Notes under the pieces: model-generated
The model's input: the letters and a program-made list of their open reading frames with translations, nothing else
Told to the model about the DNA's origin: nothing
Databases searched by the model: none
From: Octopus vulgaris
Lineage: Eukaryota
Assembly (NCBI GenBank): GCA_951406725.2
Contig: OX597821.1
Location: 101,680,001 to 101,744,000 of the forward strand
DNA length: 64,000 nucleotides
Reading direction: 5' to 3'
In this document: one piece after another, positions 1 through 12,707 of the stretch
How the letters are laid out: each line of letters begins with the position of its first letter
Position numbering within the stretch: position 1 is the first letter of the stretch
Made by a program: the position numbers and the translations under genes

Positions 1-211
1 CTATTATAAAAGCAAAGTCTTTACACAAATAAAGTTATTTTCATATAAGGATCAAAAGGAAAACGGATTAACCTTTCAGAGCTCCTTTAGCAAAACAGGG
101 CTGAAAAGATTGATTAATCTTCACATCACTTTTTTTTGTGATGCTGGAAAATCTCAACAATTGATCCAAATATCATATTTTCCTTTGGTTTTGTTTACTA
201 TTACTAAATTA

Positions 212-385
212 TTAGCATAAGGTCGAATATTTTGGGAAGGGTGTAGTTGATCTTATCAATGCTAGTATGTGACTAGCACTTTATTTTATTGGTCCCAGAA
301 GGGTGAAAAATAAAGATGACCTAAGTTGGATCTGAACACAAAACATAAAGTGCTGAAACTAAATACCACAAGGCAATTTTTCTAA
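212..385 (-). mobile_element. Degenerate tRNA-derived SINE, family A
   Basis: Decayed match to the clean family-A copy at 58503-58732 (ttttattggtcccagaagggtgaaaa...gacctaagttggatctgaacacaaaac). Confidence 0.65.
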
Positions 386-535
386 CTAAAATATTGATTG
401 CTCTTTAGAACAGGCTCATCTCTTGATTATTTGGCATTCATTAATTTGTTATAAATTGATCCAAATCTGACATACAGGGCCAATATGTGTGTGTGTGTGC
501 ATGTGTGAAGACATGTGGCCTTATGTGTGTGTGTG

Positions 536-660
536 TGTGAAGGCATGTGGCCTTATGGTTAACATGTTAGGTTCATGACCATAGGGTTGTAGATTCAATT
601 CCTAGACCCAAATGGCAGCATTGAGTAAGACACTTCATTTCATGTTGATCTAAGTTGAAA
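536..660 (+). mobile_element. 5' part of tRNA/CORE-type SINE (family C)
   Basis: gtgaaggcatgtggccttatggtt...gattcaattcc...ttgagtaagacacttcatttc matches the head of the SINE at 57901-58228 (reverse complement). Confidence 0.6.
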
Positions 661-1083
661 ACAAATACTGGCCTAGTGCTGGTGCAGCCCCCACCTCTCC
701 CTCCAGCTGTCATATCCTCGATGTTCCACTGGGTCAATGGATGTGGGAATCAAGAAGACATCTATGATTGCTCACAACTGCATAGGCACCTAAAACAATT
801 AGTGAAATCATGGTACACGCAACTAGATCATACGTATAACTGATAGCTATGAATTAGATTCATTGGTCTGGAGATGCTTCTGCCTGACAAGACACAATGA
901 TGGCAAAACACCGGCTGACCCAGAATCCCTTGTACTAATGAATTGGGTGTGTTGTGAATACATATTTGTTGTCAAAGAGAAGCTGTTTTCCTGTGATGAA
1001 ACACAACAGCAATTAGCATATTCATGCTTAAATCTGCTAGAACATATTAGGAATAAATATGAAAGTTGTTCTTTTATATATAT

Positions 1084-1460
1084 CATCATCCTCATTGTCA
1101 TTTAATGTCCGTTGTCCATGCTGGCATGGTTTGGACAGTTTGACTAGGGCTGGCTAGCTGGAAGGCTACACCAGGCTCCAGTCTGATTTGGCAGGATTTC
1201 TATGGTTGGATGCCCTTCCTAACACCAACCACTCTGAGAGTGTAATGGGTGCTTTTATGTACCACCAGCATGGGTGCCATTTGCGTGACACCAGTATCTG
1301 CCAGGACTCCAATTTTACTTGGCTTGATGGGTCTTCTTAAGCACAGCATAATGCCAAAGGTCTCAGTCATTGCCTCCATGAGGCCCAATGCCCTAAAGGT
1401 GCTTTTTACATGCCATCAACATGGGTGCCAGTTACAGGACACCAGCATTAGCCATGACTA
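1084..1460 (-). mobile_element. Non-autonomous RTE-tail element with (CAT)n end
   Basis: catcatc..tttaatgtccgttgtccatgctggcatggtttggacag...ggatgcccttcctaac...gtgcttttatgtaccacc; same sequence at 21020-21455, 44900-45180 and (opposite strand) 48490-48630. Confidence 0.75.
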
Positions 1461-1832
1461 TACACACACACAAGCAAATAAGTAACAGGAATGTCAAGGT
1501 AATTAGTGCATTACAGCCATTTCAAGTGGCTCCATTTAATAGATCAATGCACACATTACATCAATTTAAAATAAACTGCTCTCCTCGGAAGCATATGACC
1601 ATATAGATTTCCAACATACAGGATACTCCATTATAATTTTTTTAGAAAATCTGTCATCATTATTAGGGATTAGAATACATTGAGTCTTTTTGCTATTATT
1701 GTATCAGAATGAATTTAGGGAAAAATATCTAAGGTCTACAATGATTTAGAGCTGTACAGATGATACTGGACAGACTTGGTGCTTCAACTTAAGTACCCAA
1801 TTCAACTGAATTTATATATATATATATATATA

Positions 1833-2018
1833 GGGAGAGTTCACGAAAAAAACAAAGGATGAAGACAGGTTGTGTACAAAACAAACAGATGTATTAGTAT
1901 AACGCTCAGGAATTGAAAAGTCTTCTACATTTCGAGTCTACACTCTTCTACAGAAAGGGACACAGAAAAAAACAAGGAGAGAATCAAGGAGAGAAAAAAA
2001 TGTGTGTAGTGTACCGAA
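1833..2018 (-). mobile_element. Short Penelope-derived non-coding element with a hammerhead-like motif, inserted in (TA)n
   Basis: Flanked by TA repeats; minus strand 1957-1922 reads CTTT-CTGTAGA-A-GAGT-gtag-ACTC-GAAA-t-GTA-GAAG. Confidence 0.6.
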
Positions 2019-2677
2019 TATATATCTGTGGTTGGATGCTTTCCTCACCAACCACCTGAGTGCCTTTTTTGAGGCCAATATATATATATATATATTGGCC
2101 TGAAAAAAGGCACTCAGTACACTGTTAGGTAGTTGGTGAGGAAAAGCATCCAACCACAGAAACCATGTCAAAACCAACATTGGAGCTGGACAGTTTGTTG
2201 GATCTTATCAAACCTTCCAAACCCTTCCAGTATGGAAGATAGACATTAAATGATGATGATGAGATATATTTTCTAATAGATGACAAATTCATATGGACAT
2301 GGTCAGGCCAATTACAATAAAGACTTTAAAGTTTGAAATTGGAGTGTCAATAAGTTTAATTCACAATCATGGTGCCTTGGACAAGTATTTTCTATTGTAG
2401 CCCTAGTCAACCAAAGCCTTGTGAGTGGATTTGGTAAACAGAGACTGAAAGAAGCCATGCATGCATGTGTGTATTTATTTTGTAAGTCATTATTCAATTT
2501 TATTTCAAGATTTCTTGCCAATAGTGGAAGAGCCAGTTTCTAACCTAGATCCTAGGCTACTTCATTGGAATTTCAAGAACATCAACAGGGTATTTTTGTT
2601 TGCATGTATGTATGTATGTATATGTGCAGATTTGAGTGTATTATTTTATGTATGTATTCTTATGCATATAGCTGCAA

Positions 2678-2967
2678 GTCTAGATGGTACACAGTTGGGA
2701 TGCCAAATGGACTTTGCTGAAGGACAAGAAGCTGAACAGACACAATGCCGAACAGACATAAAGCCAAATGGACAAGGTACCAAAAAGACATATGAAAATT
2801 AAAACATTTAAAGTGCTAAATTGGTGAATTGGTCATAAATCTATGTAGGTAAGAATGTTTATTTTTCTCTTATTGTGTCCAGCATTGTGTCTGTTCGGCA
2901 TCTTGGCTTTGGCTTCTAGTCCTTTGGCAAAAGTGCATTCGGCATCCTGTCTGCACACGATCTAGAC
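2678..2967. mobile_element. MITE-like element with about 90-bp imperfect terminal inverted repeats
   Basis: Left gtctagatggtacacagttgggatgccaaatggactttgctgaaggacaagaagc vs reverse complement of right end gtctagatcgtgtgcagacaggatgccgaatgcacttttgccaaaggactagaagc. Confidence 0.75.
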
Positions 2968-2981
2968 ATGCTCATATATAC

Positions 2982-3612
2982 TTAAAAGATAATGTTCTGG
3001 AAAGTTTTACAGATTTTTACATTTCCAATGATAGTTTGGATCTCTAGTCTTTGAATCAGCTTTCTCCTTTCTGGTTTTGAGAATCCTAATTTCTCAAGAT
3101 TGGTATTTAGGCAGTATGTTACATATCCCAGTGCCCTAATAATTACAGGTATAAACCTGAACTTGTAATCTGGATAAAGTAGCTGTAGATTCCTCAATAG
3201 ATCAGCATAGGTATTTTCTTTTTCACTGATCTTTAGCTTTATGCTAACATCTACTGGGCAGCTGATTTCCACCACTGTATACAGTTTCTCTTCTCTATCC
3301 CAAATTATTATGTCAGGTCTATTATGTTCATATTTTATTGAGGTTTTCACTGGGACATTTCACCAGTACTTCTTTTTATTATGAGTGGCTATAGCTTCTA
3401 CCATATTGTAGGATCTTATTTCTTTGGTCTCAGGCTTATCCTTCTTATGGATCTCCTTATACAGCATCCTAGCTACAACATCATGTCTCATCAGTAGATA
3501 ATACCGTGACAACATTTTTGGCCAACTGCTTGTGATGTGGGTGATATCTTCGGTGTTAACACTACGAAGTCTACACCATTTATCACATTTTACTACTTTT
3601 TCTGCATCCCTG
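2982..3612 (-). pseudogene. 3' fragment of RLE-type non-LTR retrotransposon (R4/Dong-like): CCHC knuckle + restriction-like endonuclease
   Basis: ORFs 3360-3650 and 2982-3350: CRL..EDITHITSS.P...RHDVVA, then RPDIIIWD..VVEISCP...K..Y..L...IPVII.ALG (PD-(D/E)xK-type). Broken into two ORFs near 3355. Confidence 0.85.
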
Positions 3613-3930
3613 TCTCTTATGTATGTATGTATGTACATAGGTACATACATATGTATTTATGCATTTATGTATCTGTATGTATGCTTGTGTGTGTGTGTCT
3701 TCTTATCTTGACATCACTTGATAGGTGTAAATGAATGTCTCTGCCATACAAGCAGTGTCATTCATTTCCAATATTCTGCAAAAACACCTGGCCATGAGAA
3801 AGTGTTACTTGGAAACAGATGAGGGTTGGTGGCAGGAAGGACATCTCACTGCAGAAAATCTGTTTCAATGAATTCCATCTGATCCATTTTAGCATGGAAA
3901 AGTAGACATTAAAAGGATGATGATACATAA

Positions 3931-3987
<57 letters not shown>

Positions 3988-4794
3988 ATTTTTTTCTCTA
4001 AAACTCCTTTGGTTCCTTTTACTACTACAAACATATTTACTGTTCTTCATATTTTATAGGCAACTGCTCTCCTTATGTTTTGGATTCTTTAATTAACTAC
4101 CAACCAATTCCACTAAGTCTCTCTTGCATAGTTCAATAAAATATTCTTTTTGCTTGGAACCCTTTTCATCTTCTCCATTGTTGGTAATCAAAAGTGGTTA
4201 AAAAATTCTACAACATTAATTGATCTCTGGTATCACATAAAAAAAAAAACCTCTTCGTCATATGATGTCAATCTTTCATCTCTAGAACATTAAAATATTA
4301 TGGATCGTGGTCATTATGCTGTATCTGAAGCCAATAACATAAAAATTATCTAAGTAACAGAATTTTTATTACTGTCACCATTTTCCTTAACAAAAATTGT
4401 GGTTGTTGCTTAGCTCCCAGATTAGCCCTGACTGAGAAAACTTATCTAAACTGTTCCACTTGGCCTTTTTTTCAAACAGTGTAATGTAGGATTACCTATT
4501 CAGTGCAACCCCTATTTTTCTTAAAAGGCTGTAGGATATAGGTTAGAAAAGATTTGGTTACTATTTCTAGCAGGTTGAGAAGCAATGGTTCATCCCTTAA
4601 CTGAGGTGTTCATGTAGGGACTAACTATTTATTATTAGTGCAACTTGATCACCATAAAATATAAATACACCATCAGCTTTCTAAGAATGCTGATATATAC
4701 CTAATTTAATTGGCACAAAGAACATTAATTCTTGACATGTTTGTCAGCAACTTTTGATTTCAGGTTTATGAAATTTAATTTCAAACTATATTAT

Positions 4795-5220
4795 ACATCA
4801 CCAACATCATCACTTTAATGTCTATTTTTCCATGCTTACATAAGTCAGATGAAATTTGATGTGGCAGATATTGCATGGTTGGGTACACTTCCTGTCATCG
4901 ATCTCCACTTCCCCTTGTCCTCTGTACACAAACAGCACAATGGCTGAACACGATTTCAATACAGATTTCAAACAAACACCACCATTTGTTTGATGGTGGC
5001 ATTAGATTTACAACTTGCACATAATGTCAAGACAAGGAAACATGAATGAATGAATACACAAACACACACAATTTAGTTTCTGCTAACCAAATCTCTTTAT
5101 GAGGCTTTGGTCAATCTGGGACTATAGTAGGAGACACTTGCTTAAGCTGCCATGCAATAGAACTCGACACAAAGCCATATGGTGGTAAAATGTCTTATCA
5201 CAAAGCTATGTCTATGCCTA
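4795..5220 (-). mobile_element. Family-B SINE with RTE-like (ATG)n tail
   Basis: catcatcactttaatgtctatttttccatgc ... aggctttggtcaatctgggactatagtaggagacacttgcttaag ... gctatgtctatgcct. Confidence 0.7.
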
Positions 5221-6871
5221 CTACAATAAATATACATTAAAAATAAATATTATATATTAAATAATAATTACTATGCGAGTATATTTAATAATTACAAGTA
5301 ATATACTGAAGTATCTAGATGAAATCGATAAATAAGAATTGATACCAACTCTATCTCAAATTATGAATATGTATAAAAGGAAAACTTTTATGTTAGATCT
5401 CATCATGATGACAAATAGGCAGAATTGTTAAAGCATAGGACAAAATACTTTGTGGGATATGTTCTGATTTTCTGAGTTCAAATCCCAAAGAAGTCAGCTT
5501 TGCCTTTATTCTTTCAGAATCAATAAAACAAAGCACCAGTTGAAGGTTATGGTTTGGAAAAATTCTTAGAGCATAAGACATGATACCTTGTGGTATTTAT
5601 TTCAGTTCTTTGTGTTTTGTGTTCTTAGGTGTTATACTTAATCTACTTTCTGTTTTAACACCACCACATGGTCCTTGGATACCTTTAAAGGAGTCTAACT
5701 CTTTTGCAACCATTCAAGGCCAAATCTCTAGTTTGGAAATAACATCCACCTCTCCTTCCATCAAGCTTGAAAGGCTCCAAAACTGAAGGATCATGGGTGT
5801 TACCCTCCCACCACTGACTGAATACTAAAACAAAAATATCTTAAATGTTATTTTGAAGTTTAATAGTACCAAATTTAATAATATAGGTAAAATGTTGATA
5901 TCATTAAAACTAATGTTTGTCTTGAAGAGAATTTTTGATAGTCTGAAAAATTTGCCAGGAAATACTTCTTTACTTAGAAATATATCTGCAATTCAGTGAA
6001 ATGATTTGTTTTTAGTGATAGCTAATTTATTAATATTGCCTTAAATTTCAAAGGACACTATTTACATGTAATAGTAGACAAGTTTGTTATAATCATACTT
6101 GATATGTGTTACTCATGATGGGAATAACTAACATCAAATTATATACAATAAGAAAGAGAGTGAAATATATGTACACATCAGCAGAGTTAATATTTCTTTA
6201 TTGTTATTATCATCCCATAGGTAATATACAAAGGTAATAACTACTATATTCTTGGAACAGTATTTACTATACTGTCATTTATATTGTAAAAACCAATCAG
6301 AATTTATCTTGGTTTTGAAATTTAAAACAATTTTTCTTGTAAATAATATTTATATCCTTAAGGGAAACTATTTGATAAAATTATTTTTGGCTTGTGAAAA
6401 TAAACCAACTAATGGGTAGTTTAAGTTTTGTATACTGATGAAAAATTTCAGAACAAAATCATTGTAGAAGATCCAGATAATTATCAAATTCCTTTTTCTT
6501 ATTAATCTTTTCCTAGAATATTTGGTAAAGGATACCCATCCAAATAATAACTATTAATTTGTAGTGACAGCAAATTTTCAGCTATGTTAATTGAAGTTGA
6601 GGAACATATCTTATATAAACAGCATTCAATATTGAACTGTAAATAAAACCTGATATATTTATGGGATTTGTTGTAGCTTGCTAACAAGTCCCTCACTGGA
6701 TTTGATTTCTTGATATTTTTTTGGATATATCAGTATCACAGTAATTGTTTTCAGTTCCCCAATTTGATGACATAAATGACATCTTCAAATATGTATACAT
6801 TTTAAAAATAATTTGTTGCAAATTAATTGAAACTAAACACACACACACACATATATATGCATAAACATATA

Positions 6872-7758
6872 TGAGGGGGTAGCCAAAAGTAACCGGAATC
6901 GTTCTCTGTGGGACAAGCCCATTGTAGTTCAGGCTTCCACTGCTAGAAGCCACTTGATGCAACCTTCGGGCATCAGTCTGCTGACTGGCATTGTTGAGTG
7001 AGACTGCACTGCCATGTAGCTTGTCTTTGTTCATTAATTTTTGCGATGGTTGAAACAAAGGAACAGTGTGCTTCTGTGAAATTCTGATTTCTGTTGGGGA
7101 AAATAGTAACCAAAACAGTTGCCATGCTTCACACACCTTACAAGGACACTGCCATGAGCAAAACACAAGTTTACAAGTGGTTTACATGCTTTAGGAATGG
7201 TCACTTGTCGCTTGAAGACCAACATCGTTCAGAATGACTGTTGACCTCCCAAATGAATGAAAACATCGTGGAAATCCATGAACTGATCTTGGGGGACTAC
7301 CACTGAATAATTCATGAACTTGTTGATATGACTGGTGTGTCCTGGAGCACTTGCCAATGAATTTTGAACAAGGAATTGTGAATGAAAAGCATTGCAGCAA
7401 AATTTGTATCTTGCTTGCTTACAGAAGATCTAAAGCAGTCATGACTGAATGTATATTGTGAACTGAAAGAACAGTTGGAAGTTGATCCAGACCTTTTCCC
7501 GAAAGGTCATCACTGGTGATGAAAGATGGTGCTATGGAATCTGCAGATGTGGAAGAGGTGAAGAAAAAAATAACGGAGGTGTTAAAAGGCATCACTTCAC
7601 ATGAGTTCCAGCACTGCTTTGAATAGTGGAAAATGCACCTGGACTAATGCATTGCTTCAAATGGAGAATGCGTTGAAGGTGATAAAAGTGTAAACATTGT
7701 AAGACTAAGTGAATGAAATAATACTGCAAAATTCTGGTTTGTTTTGTGTTCCCCCTTG
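6872..7758 (+). mobile_element. Internally deleted mariner DNA transposon (pseudogenised transposase)
   Basis: TA-flanked TIRs tgagggggtagccaaaagtaaccggaat / rc caagggggaacacaaaacaaaccagaat; reading EQCASVKF*FLLGK..MSKTQVYKWF..FRNG..LED, VITGDERWCYG, then jumps to C-terminal CFE*WK...CIASNGECVEGD. Confidence 0.9.
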
Positions 7759-7796
7759 TATACATATATATAAATACATATGTACATTATTCTGTA

Positions 7797-7945
7797 AAGT
7801 GGTTGGCATTATGAAGGGCATCCATCTGTAAAAGAGCATGCCAAAATAGAAAATGCAGTTTGATGCAATCTACTGGCTTGCCAGCTCCTGTCAAACCATC
7901 CAACCCTTGCCAGCATGGAAGATGAATGTTAAATGATGATGATGA
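7797..7945 (+). mobile_element. RTE-type 3' tail fragment
   Basis: gtggttggcattatgaagggcatcca...ccaacccttgccagcatggaagatgaatgttaaatgatgatgatg. Confidence 0.7.
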
Positions 7946-8850
7946 CAATACATATACACACATGCAATTGAAACTGTATATTATGTGTGCACAAGGCCTC
8001 AGATTTATTCAGGGAAGAGAATGACCTTGTGTAACAATTAGGCTTCTCTCAAGGACATCAGAAACTGAGGTGTTATGAAAATGGCAAAAATCAAGAACAA
8101 TTCATTGAAGCTGCAATGGTTATAATCACAATCTGCTATAAACTTAGGAAAGAAAGCCTTAGCTCAATCACCTATTGTTCAAGAGCAATCCTTGACAAGG
8201 ATGAAAAAGCAAATTAACATATTAATATTTCCTGTTAAATAGTCTTCATAAAATGTAATGGAAATCACTGAACTGAATGAGAGGGAGAGGAGGGAAAGAA
8301 CAAAACGCACAAGAGAGAATCAAATGAAAAGAGAGAGAAGAAGGAACATAAGTAAATGATTAAGACAACATTCAGATATCAAAAATAAAAATCACTGAAG
8401 CACATAATATAAAATGTGAAAGGAAACTAAAGACAGAAAGGAGTGTATTATAAAAGGAAACCATAAGGAGAGAGATAACTCTTCTGTACATTACTCAGTT
8501 GGTAGCTTTATATACTTACAAATGGAATAATGAGAAACCTTCTCCTACAAACCACTAATTAAGCCATTCTTCACCAAAGAGAGAGAGAAAAAAAATGAGA
8601 AAAAAACCCCAACTGTTCCATGAACTAAATATCAGATGTCTATAAATGTTTAATGTTAATTTGTTCCAACAGATACATCCACTCCTAGCATCCAATTCTC
8701 AGTTTAAGTGTCATAATGAATAAATTGTAATTAAATATCACGGAAAATCCATCAAGGGACAAACATGACATGCACAGAGATTTAATCAAACCTCTAGCTT
8801 CACAATCATTTTCTTGTTAACATTTACAATTTTTGATACAACTGCAAAAG

Positions 8851-9275
8851 TAGGTGTAGGTATGGCTGTGTGGTTAAGAAAAGTTCACTTTCTAACCACA
8901 TAATATTCGGTTCAGTCCCAGTACGCGGCACATCGGGCGAGTTCCTATTAGAGTTTCAGGCCAGCCAAAACCTTGTGAGTGAATTTGGTGGAGGGAAGCT
9001 GAAAGAAGCCCATTGTACATGTGTGTGTGCGTTTACATTTGTGTTCTTTGAAAGGTATAAGCTACAGGTAATGTGTTGTCACTTTTGTCAAAAAAAAAAC
9101 AAACAACAAAAACAACTGCTTATTTCTTGCCTTTGAAAATGTGTAAAATAAAATATCCTTCATTTGTAAAGCATGTAAGGGTTAATGATAGGAAGGGCAT
9201 CTGATTCTAAAACAATACTTTAATAACATTCATCTAACCCATGCTAACATGGAAATACATGTAAAAACGAATGAA
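8851..9275 (+). mobile_element. Family-B SINE (tRNA head, CORE-like, RTE-like tail)
   Basis: ggtgtaggtatggctgtgtggttaagaa...ggttcagtcccagt...ccttgtgagtgaatttggt...ggaagggcatc...aacccatgctaacatggaa. Confidence 0.75.
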
Positions 9276-10789
9276 CAAATTCTGCCCTTATTGACTCACT
9301 CTCGTCTAAATTTGCTTCTAAACATTCCCTTCTGTGTGTACATACATTCATACATGAGTAAATATGTGTGTGTGTAAGCTCATGCACACACACACACATA
9401 TATGTGTGTGTGTGTATGTGTGAGCATATTTACATATATGCACACCACATACAATAACATGGGAGAGACAAAATGGTTCGGTAGCTAGGAAACAGGTCAA
9501 CCTGCTTGTGAATCTACTGCTATTGTTTTAATACCTTTCTGAACAAAGCATTTTATTCTACATAGCTTCAGTGCAGTTAGTTGTTAGCAACAGGTACCAT
9601 ACTTTTCTAGTAAAATGTCAGTGAGGCTGATTACCCACTGATGGTATATTATTGATCATATAATGTCATGCAAATGACTATTTATTTTATCAATGTATGA
9701 GGGCTGCTGAACATGGAGGATTTGCATGGTCCAATGACTCCAAGGGAAGATGCTGTCAGGAGTGTGGTACTCCAATTAGGTTAACTCATAAGTACTCCCT
9801 CTTCATGACCCACAACAGCAGAGTGAGCAGACCAGGGCAATATCTAATGGACTGGCTAAGAAGATGAGTTCAAGACTAAAACTGAGCCAGTGGTAGCCCA
9901 ATGATGCTGCTTGTCTCATTCTACATGTGCCAGAGAGAATGATCTTGAAACCATAGCATGTGGGTCACTCCTTTGCAAGTTGAGATCTGTTATAAACAAA
10001 TCCATGCTACTGGAATTTCTTCCTGCTGATAGTTACTTTAAGAAAGAGAAACTGAAATTTTTGAACTTGAAAAACAGCCTCTGTTGCCAAAAAGTATGAG
10101 ATAGATATTAATACATATTTACACATGTAAAGATAAAGATTTCAAGCTACAGATAAAAAAAAAATTAAACTAGTACAACTTATGAGAAAACATCTGTATA
10201 ATCTTTATATATGTTTACTAAATCTGTCTCTACTATTTGAGGGACTGGCTGTTAATCTATCATTCATTATATACTATAAATCAATGAGACAGGACCATGA
10301 GCAGTTCTTTGTCAAGACTGAATTTCTATGTAAATCTCTTTTTGCCTTAAGTCCTCCAACACCATCACCAATCATAAAGCATTTCAAAAGTTTATGAATG
10401 CTGTCCAGCCTCCACAGACACAGAGTTTTTGAATTTTCTGGAAAATTTCACTAACTCTTTCTACAAAGTAGTGGTTTCCAACCGAGGTGCCATGAGAGGT
10501 TAGAGTATTGTAGATAGTAGTTAGGAGTATTACCCATAGGGTGACAGAGTCACAGAAATATTGGAAATTATTGCCATAAAGTACTTGCAGAGATGAATAT
10601 AATCCAACCAAACATTTCTTTTAAATTATGACCTCAAAACTCCAAAACATTTTGGCTTCCTTTGTACTTCTGTTCTAATTTAGAAAATAAATAAAATTTA
10701 TCATATTTCAAAATTCTCTAATTGTTCTATGCCTTCACTAACTGGATGATCCTGTAAATTTGGAAGTCAGAATTTTGCTTGAAGTGTCT

Positions 10790-10940
10790 TTATGTTCTGA
10801 GTTCAAATTCTGCTGAGGTCAACTTTGCCTTTCATCCTTTTGGGGTCAATAAATTAAGTTCCAGTTCATACTGGGGGTCAATCTAATTGACAAGACCCCT
10901 CCCCCAAAATTTCGGGCATTGTGCCTAGAGTAGAAAAGAA
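10790..10940 (+). mobile_element. Family-A SINE, 5'-truncated
   Basis: gttctgagttcaaattctgctgaggtcaactttgcctttcatccttttggggtcaataaa...gtgcctagagtagaaaaga. Confidence 0.8.
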
Positions 10941-12707
10941 TTTTGCTTAAAGGAACCTAACAACAGAGAGTCAATATTTGTAAAACTATGGTTAATGTTC
11001 TTAGCTAATTAGAAATTGTACCTTTCTGGTACTGTGTTAAAAGTACATTTTTACTCAGTAGTTAGAAACATGAGATCTACTATACTGTATAGTCCAAAAC
11101 TACTTTAATTACTTTATAATCATAAAATATAACCTCTAGTATACTTGGTAAAAGCTGTATTTTAATTAAGTTTTGAATGGATTCTATTGCTAATTGCAAG
11201 TTAACAAAAAAAGAGAAAAAAAAATCAATAAAACAACTGATACTTTATTAGCTTATATGTTCTGAACATATTAAATAACAAGAAAATACTGAATAGTTAA
11301 TGTGAATTTCCACTCCTTTAAGTACATTATTTAACAACTGATATGATATAACCTATGACAGTCTACTTATTTTTCATCATTAATCTCTTTCTGGGCTTAT
11401 GTGAGTCCCAGTTTTCTTTTTACTCTTTCCTTTCTCCATTTGCAATATGTCCACCTTGCAATGTTGTCTATTTGTTTCAGTGATATCAATAAAACATATT
11501 GTTTAATATGTAAGTGTGTGCCATTGAAAGTATAGAGAGTATCTATCAATTACTGATAATGTGTATCTTCCCTCCCAACACTAACTACACTAAATTAAGG
11601 TGGGATTATTTCCTGATGCACTAAAAGACCTTTAGTGATTTAAAAAAAAAACAAACTCTTTTTACTAAGTAGTAACCAAAAAGATGAATGCATGAAAGAT
11701 ATGGAGTCAACTAAGAATTCAACATAATTAATGTAATCATCTTTCAAATGTGGAAAAAAAAAGTGATAAAAACAAACAAAAAAACCCCATAAATTTAGAA
11801 ACAGCTTTAATGTGGTTGTTCAACCCATTAGAAAAAGTAGCCAAATTTTTTACAAATCACACTACCAGTTGCTTAGAGAAGGAAGGACATGTTAGAGAAT
11901 AAAGTCCTTGATTCATCAAAAGATGGGATGGTCATGGTTGTAACACCTTTAATCAAAGATAACCCAGGGCTAAACAACAACAAAAATTGATTAAATATTT
12001 ATTTAGTATTGTGGTTGAAGGTAAACACCAGACAAATTGACCTTGTAATTTAGGTTTACTTCACTTATTGTACCTGTAATTTCCAGCTGTTCTCGATAAC
12101 CTGAAGAATGGGTCTTGACAGGCTGGCTTTTCCTTTATACACTTCACAACAACAAAACTAACAGATGTTATCCATAAAAAACTCATTAAAAGTTATGGGA
12201 CATATTTATTTTGAATAAAATAAGGTACATTTTTATGAGGAAATGAGTAGAGTCAACTGAGTTAACCACAATGTGATACTGGTATTTATTCTTACATGCT
12301 GCTGAGGCCATAAACACATTTGACTTCCTCATTAGGATTTAGAATTGGGCAATAAAAACCACAAAACAAAAAAGCATTCAGTCAATCACTCTACCATTTT
12401 TGTCCAAAACCACTTTATCTAATGATCAATATTAATTCATTAATGTAGGCCATGAAGGGTAGAAACAACAGAATAAATTCTTTAAAGTATTCAGTTTAAT
12501 TTGAGTTCAAATTCTGCTCAGGTGAACTCTAACCTTCAACCCTTCAAAATTGACCCAAACGTCTACATTTTTCTACTAATGTATGAAATCCCTACATGAA
12601 CTGGTGACTTGTCTTTGATTTCAGATTGCAGCAATTTCCTATCATTTATACTGCTTGAACTTCACAACATCACATTTTCCCTATCTTATAGATCAGAGAA
12701 AGTTTAT

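Larger units (their letters stand above)
2330..3925 (+). mobile_element. Family-B SINE (CORE head 2330-2470, RTE-like ATG tail 3680-3925) split by nested insertions
   Basis: Head ccttggacaagtattttctattgtagcc...ccaaagccttgtgagtggatttggta; tail cttgacatcac...agcatggaaaagtagacattaaaaggatgatgat. Same head+tail are contiguous at 4795-5220 (minus). Confidence 0.6.

Noticed and set aside
500-560. Direct duplication of gtgaag.catgtggccttatg
   Set aside because: Simple 5'-end duplication/slippage of a SINE head within (TG)n.
847-1105. Overlapping 84/80-aa ORFs with an acceptor-like site near 1035
   Set aside because: No recognisable domain or matching donor; lies between repeats.
12073-12186. Exon-like minus segment ending CAG|GTACAA
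   Set aside because: Weak acceptor, several short open frames, none recognisable.
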